Assembly: GCA_963776345.1 (NCBI GenBank)
Contig: CAVZMH010000015.1
Location: 192,001-256,000 of the forward strand
DNA: 64,000 nucleotides
From: an uncultured delta proteobacterium
GTDB taxonomy: Bacteria > Myxococcota > Myxococcia > Myxococcales > Myxococcaceae
Direction: 5' to 3'
Shown: piece after piece, positions 62,133 through 64,000 of the stretch
Position numbering within the stretch: the first letter of the stretch is position 1
How the letters are laid out: each line of letters opens with the position of its first letter
Position numbers and translations under genes: made by a program
Notes under the pieces: generated by a model
What the model was told of the DNA's origin: nothing
What the model saw: only the letters and a program-made list of their open reading frames with translations
Databases searched by the model: none

Positions 62133-62321
62133 ATGGCACTCAAGACCATCAAGGCCCGAGCGGCGCAGGCAGCCGAGCTGCTCGAGTCGCTGAAACGCCA
62201 GGCGCGTGTGCGCCGGGCGGCGTGCAGCTCGCCGGTGCTCGTCGTCTACGGGCAGAACGAGGCGGCCAGCATCTACTTCGAGGGAGAGGACGGAGCTCCC
62301 CGCGGCGGCCGGGGACACTGA
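62133..62321 (+). CDS. Small hypothetical protein (62 aa)
   Basis: AGGA RBS, ATG, GC3-biased codons; MALKTIKARAAQAAELLESLKRQ... Confidence 0.5.
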   Translation: MALKTIKARAAQAAELLESLKRQARVRRAACSSPVLVVYGQNEAASIYFEGEDGAPRGGRGH

Positions 62322-62444
62322 GGCAGCACACCGGGGGGCCCCGGGCCAGCTGGATCGTCCCGCGCCAGTTTCCTTGAGTTCCCGGATCCTTGTGTGTAGA
62401 GCCCCGGGAGTTCCGCCAGGACTCTCGCCTCCGGGGTTTGCTCG

Positions 62445-63812
62445 TTGCTCGTAGCGCTGTTGGCCCTCGCCGTCGCGGCGCCCACCTGCGGCCCGCTCGA
62501 CCTCCAGACCGCCCAGGCGCTGGCGCTCGCCCGCAGCGACGAGGTGGGCATCAAGCGGAGCGAGCAGGCGGCGGCCGAGGCGGACCGGGCGGTGGCCACC
62601 GCCATCCGGTTCTTGCCCGAGTTCTACGCCAACATCCCGCTGGGCGTCGTGCCGGGGGCCAGGCTGAAGGACCCGGGCAACGGCAACGACATCACCAACA
62701 TCGACAGCGGCAGCAACCGGGGCATCACGAACCTCGGCCCGTTCTTCCGGGTGGAGATCAACGCGCTCCAGCCGATCTGGACGTGGGGCCGTCTCGACGC
62801 CGCCAGTGACGCGGCGGCCGCCGGTGCACGGGCCCGCGGCTACCTGGTGGACGACACCTCCAACGCCATCCGGCACCGGGTCCTCCAGCTGGTGATGGGG
62901 ATCCGGCTCACCACCCGGCTTCTGGCCATCGCCGCCGACGTCCAGAGCGCGCTCAAGGAGGCCGATGTCCGGGTGCAGAAGTCGCTCAAGGAGAACGACG
63001 GGGAGATCACGCCCGAGGACCGCTACCGGATCGAGATCTTCCGGAGTCAGCTGAACCAGCGGGTCGCGGACGGCGAGCGGGCCCTGCGCATCGCCCGGGT
63101 GGGCCTCGCGGCGACCCTGGCGCTCGACCCCAACCAGCTCCAGCTCCGGGACGACCCCCTTCCGGACACCGCGCAGATCCGCCCCCCCGATCTGGTCATG
63201 GCCCTGGCCGACGCCGAGAAGCAGCGGCCGGACCTCAAGGCGCTGGACAACGGCATCCTGGCCAAGGAGGCCGACGTGAGGGCCACCCGGGCCGAGCTCT
63301 TTCCCCAGGTGGGCCTCGTCGCCCAGTTCGCCTGGTCGACGGCGCCCGGGCGCGACGTCATCACCAACCCCTACGTGGGCGACTACTTCAACGCCCTGAC
63401 CATCGGGGCGGCGCTGGGCATCCGGCAGAACCTCTCCTTCTGGACGGTCATCACCCAGACCAACAAGAAGGAGGCGGAGCTGAACACGCTCCGCAAGCAG
63501 CGGGCAGGCGCGGTCCGGGGGATCCACGTCGAGGTGGAAACCGCGGTCGCCGAGCTGAACGCGGCGATCACCAAGCGGGAGGCATCGGCCAAGGCCGTCG
63601 CCGCCGGCCGGAGCTGGTTCCGGAGCGCCACCCTGAACTTCGGCGTGGGGGTGGGTGACGGCCGCGACCTGATCGACGCCTACCGGGGGTACGCGGAGGC
63701 GCAGTACGGGGACGCGCAGGCCACGTTCGATCTACTGGCGGCCCAGAGCCGGCTGGAGCAGGTCACCGGCCGCATGCCGCCAGTGCCCGAGGTGAACTGC
63801 ATGATGCCCTGA
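62445..63812 (+). CDS. TolC family outer-membrane protein
   Basis: Signal peptide, two-fold repeat (QPIWTWG; RPDLK...AELFPQVG), coiled coils. Confidence 0.88.
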   Translation: MLVALLALAVAAPTCGPLDLQTAQALALARSDEVGIKRSEQAAAEADRAVATAIRFLPEFYANIPLGVVPGARLKDPGNGNDITNIDSGSNRGITNLGPFFRVEINALQPIWTWGRLDAASDAAAAGARARGYLVDDTSNAIRHRVLQLVMGIRLTTRLLAIAADVQSALKEADVRVQKSLKENDGEITPEDRYRIEIFRSQLNQRVADGERALRIARVGLAATLALDPNQLQLRDDPLPDTAQIRPPDLVMALADAEKQRPDLKALDNGILAKEADVRATRAELFPQVGLVAQFAWSTAPGRDVITNPYVGDYFNALTIGAALGIRQNLSFWTVITQTNKKEAELNTLRKQRAGAVRGIHVEVETAVAELNAAITKREASAKAVAAGRSWFRSATLNFGVGVGDGRDLIDAYRGYAEAQYGDAQATFDLLAAQSRLEQVTGRMPPVPEVNCMMP

Positions 63813-63819
63813 GCGGGCG

Positions 63820-63999
63820 TCAGCGGTCCCGCTCGACCTCGGCGTTCTTCACCGGCGCCGGAGGCGGAGCGGTCTCGGCAGTCCCGGCGTCCGGGAGCTG
63901 CCGGGGCACCTCGGCGGGGGCCCGGACGACGGGCTCGGGCCGGCGGTCCAGGAGGACGAAGTCCGCGTAGTCCGCCTCGCTCCGCGAGTTGGTCGCGTC
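63820..63999 (-). CDS. 3' end of a hypothetical protein running off the window
   Basis: Open frame DATNSRSEADYADFVLLDRR...ERDR-stop with GC3 bias. Confidence 0.55.
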   Translation of the reverse strand, partial: DATNSRSEADYADFVLLDRRPEPVVRAPAEVPRQLPDAGTAETAPPPAPVKNAEVERDR

Positions 64000-64000
64000 G

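Overview
Very GC-rich chromosomal segment, most likely from a myxobacterium. The taxonomic call rests on tandem CdbA/CdbB-like ribbon-helix-helix genes, a CdbS-like PilZ gene beside degP-grpE, an FHA-domain sigma54 activator, a PP2C-cNMP phosphatase and a myxobacterial-type PilT paralog. Most of the window is core or metabolic: tRNA-Thr(CGT), dapB-like, gdh, hutU/hutI, tilS-ftsH-folP-(acs)-glmM-pdxJ-acpS, nnr-tsaE, kdd/kamDE/kal/kce lysine catabolism, udg, coaBC and tolC. No integrase, transposase, prophage gene or CRISPR array was seen. Four candidates stand out. (1) At 17.7-23.8 kb a TPR + Slam/DUF560-like outer-membrane barrel, a DUF4382-like lipoprotein, two small exported proteins and a sigma54 two-component system lie around back-to-back sigma54 promoters sharing two tandem palindromic sites; this may be a type XI secretion-like surface-lipoprotein module. 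(2) A Ser/Thr kinase, FHA-enhancer binding protein, sigma54 promoter and di-haem protein sit between acpS and nnr. (3) A 132-bp non-coding element has 26-bp inverted repeats, two palindromes and a centred IHF-like site. (4) A pilT paralog is frameshifted in a G-tract inside a tandem repeat. Several single-base indels suggest residual assembly errors, so all frameshift calls need read-level checks. Family assignments come from motif recognition only; no database search was run.
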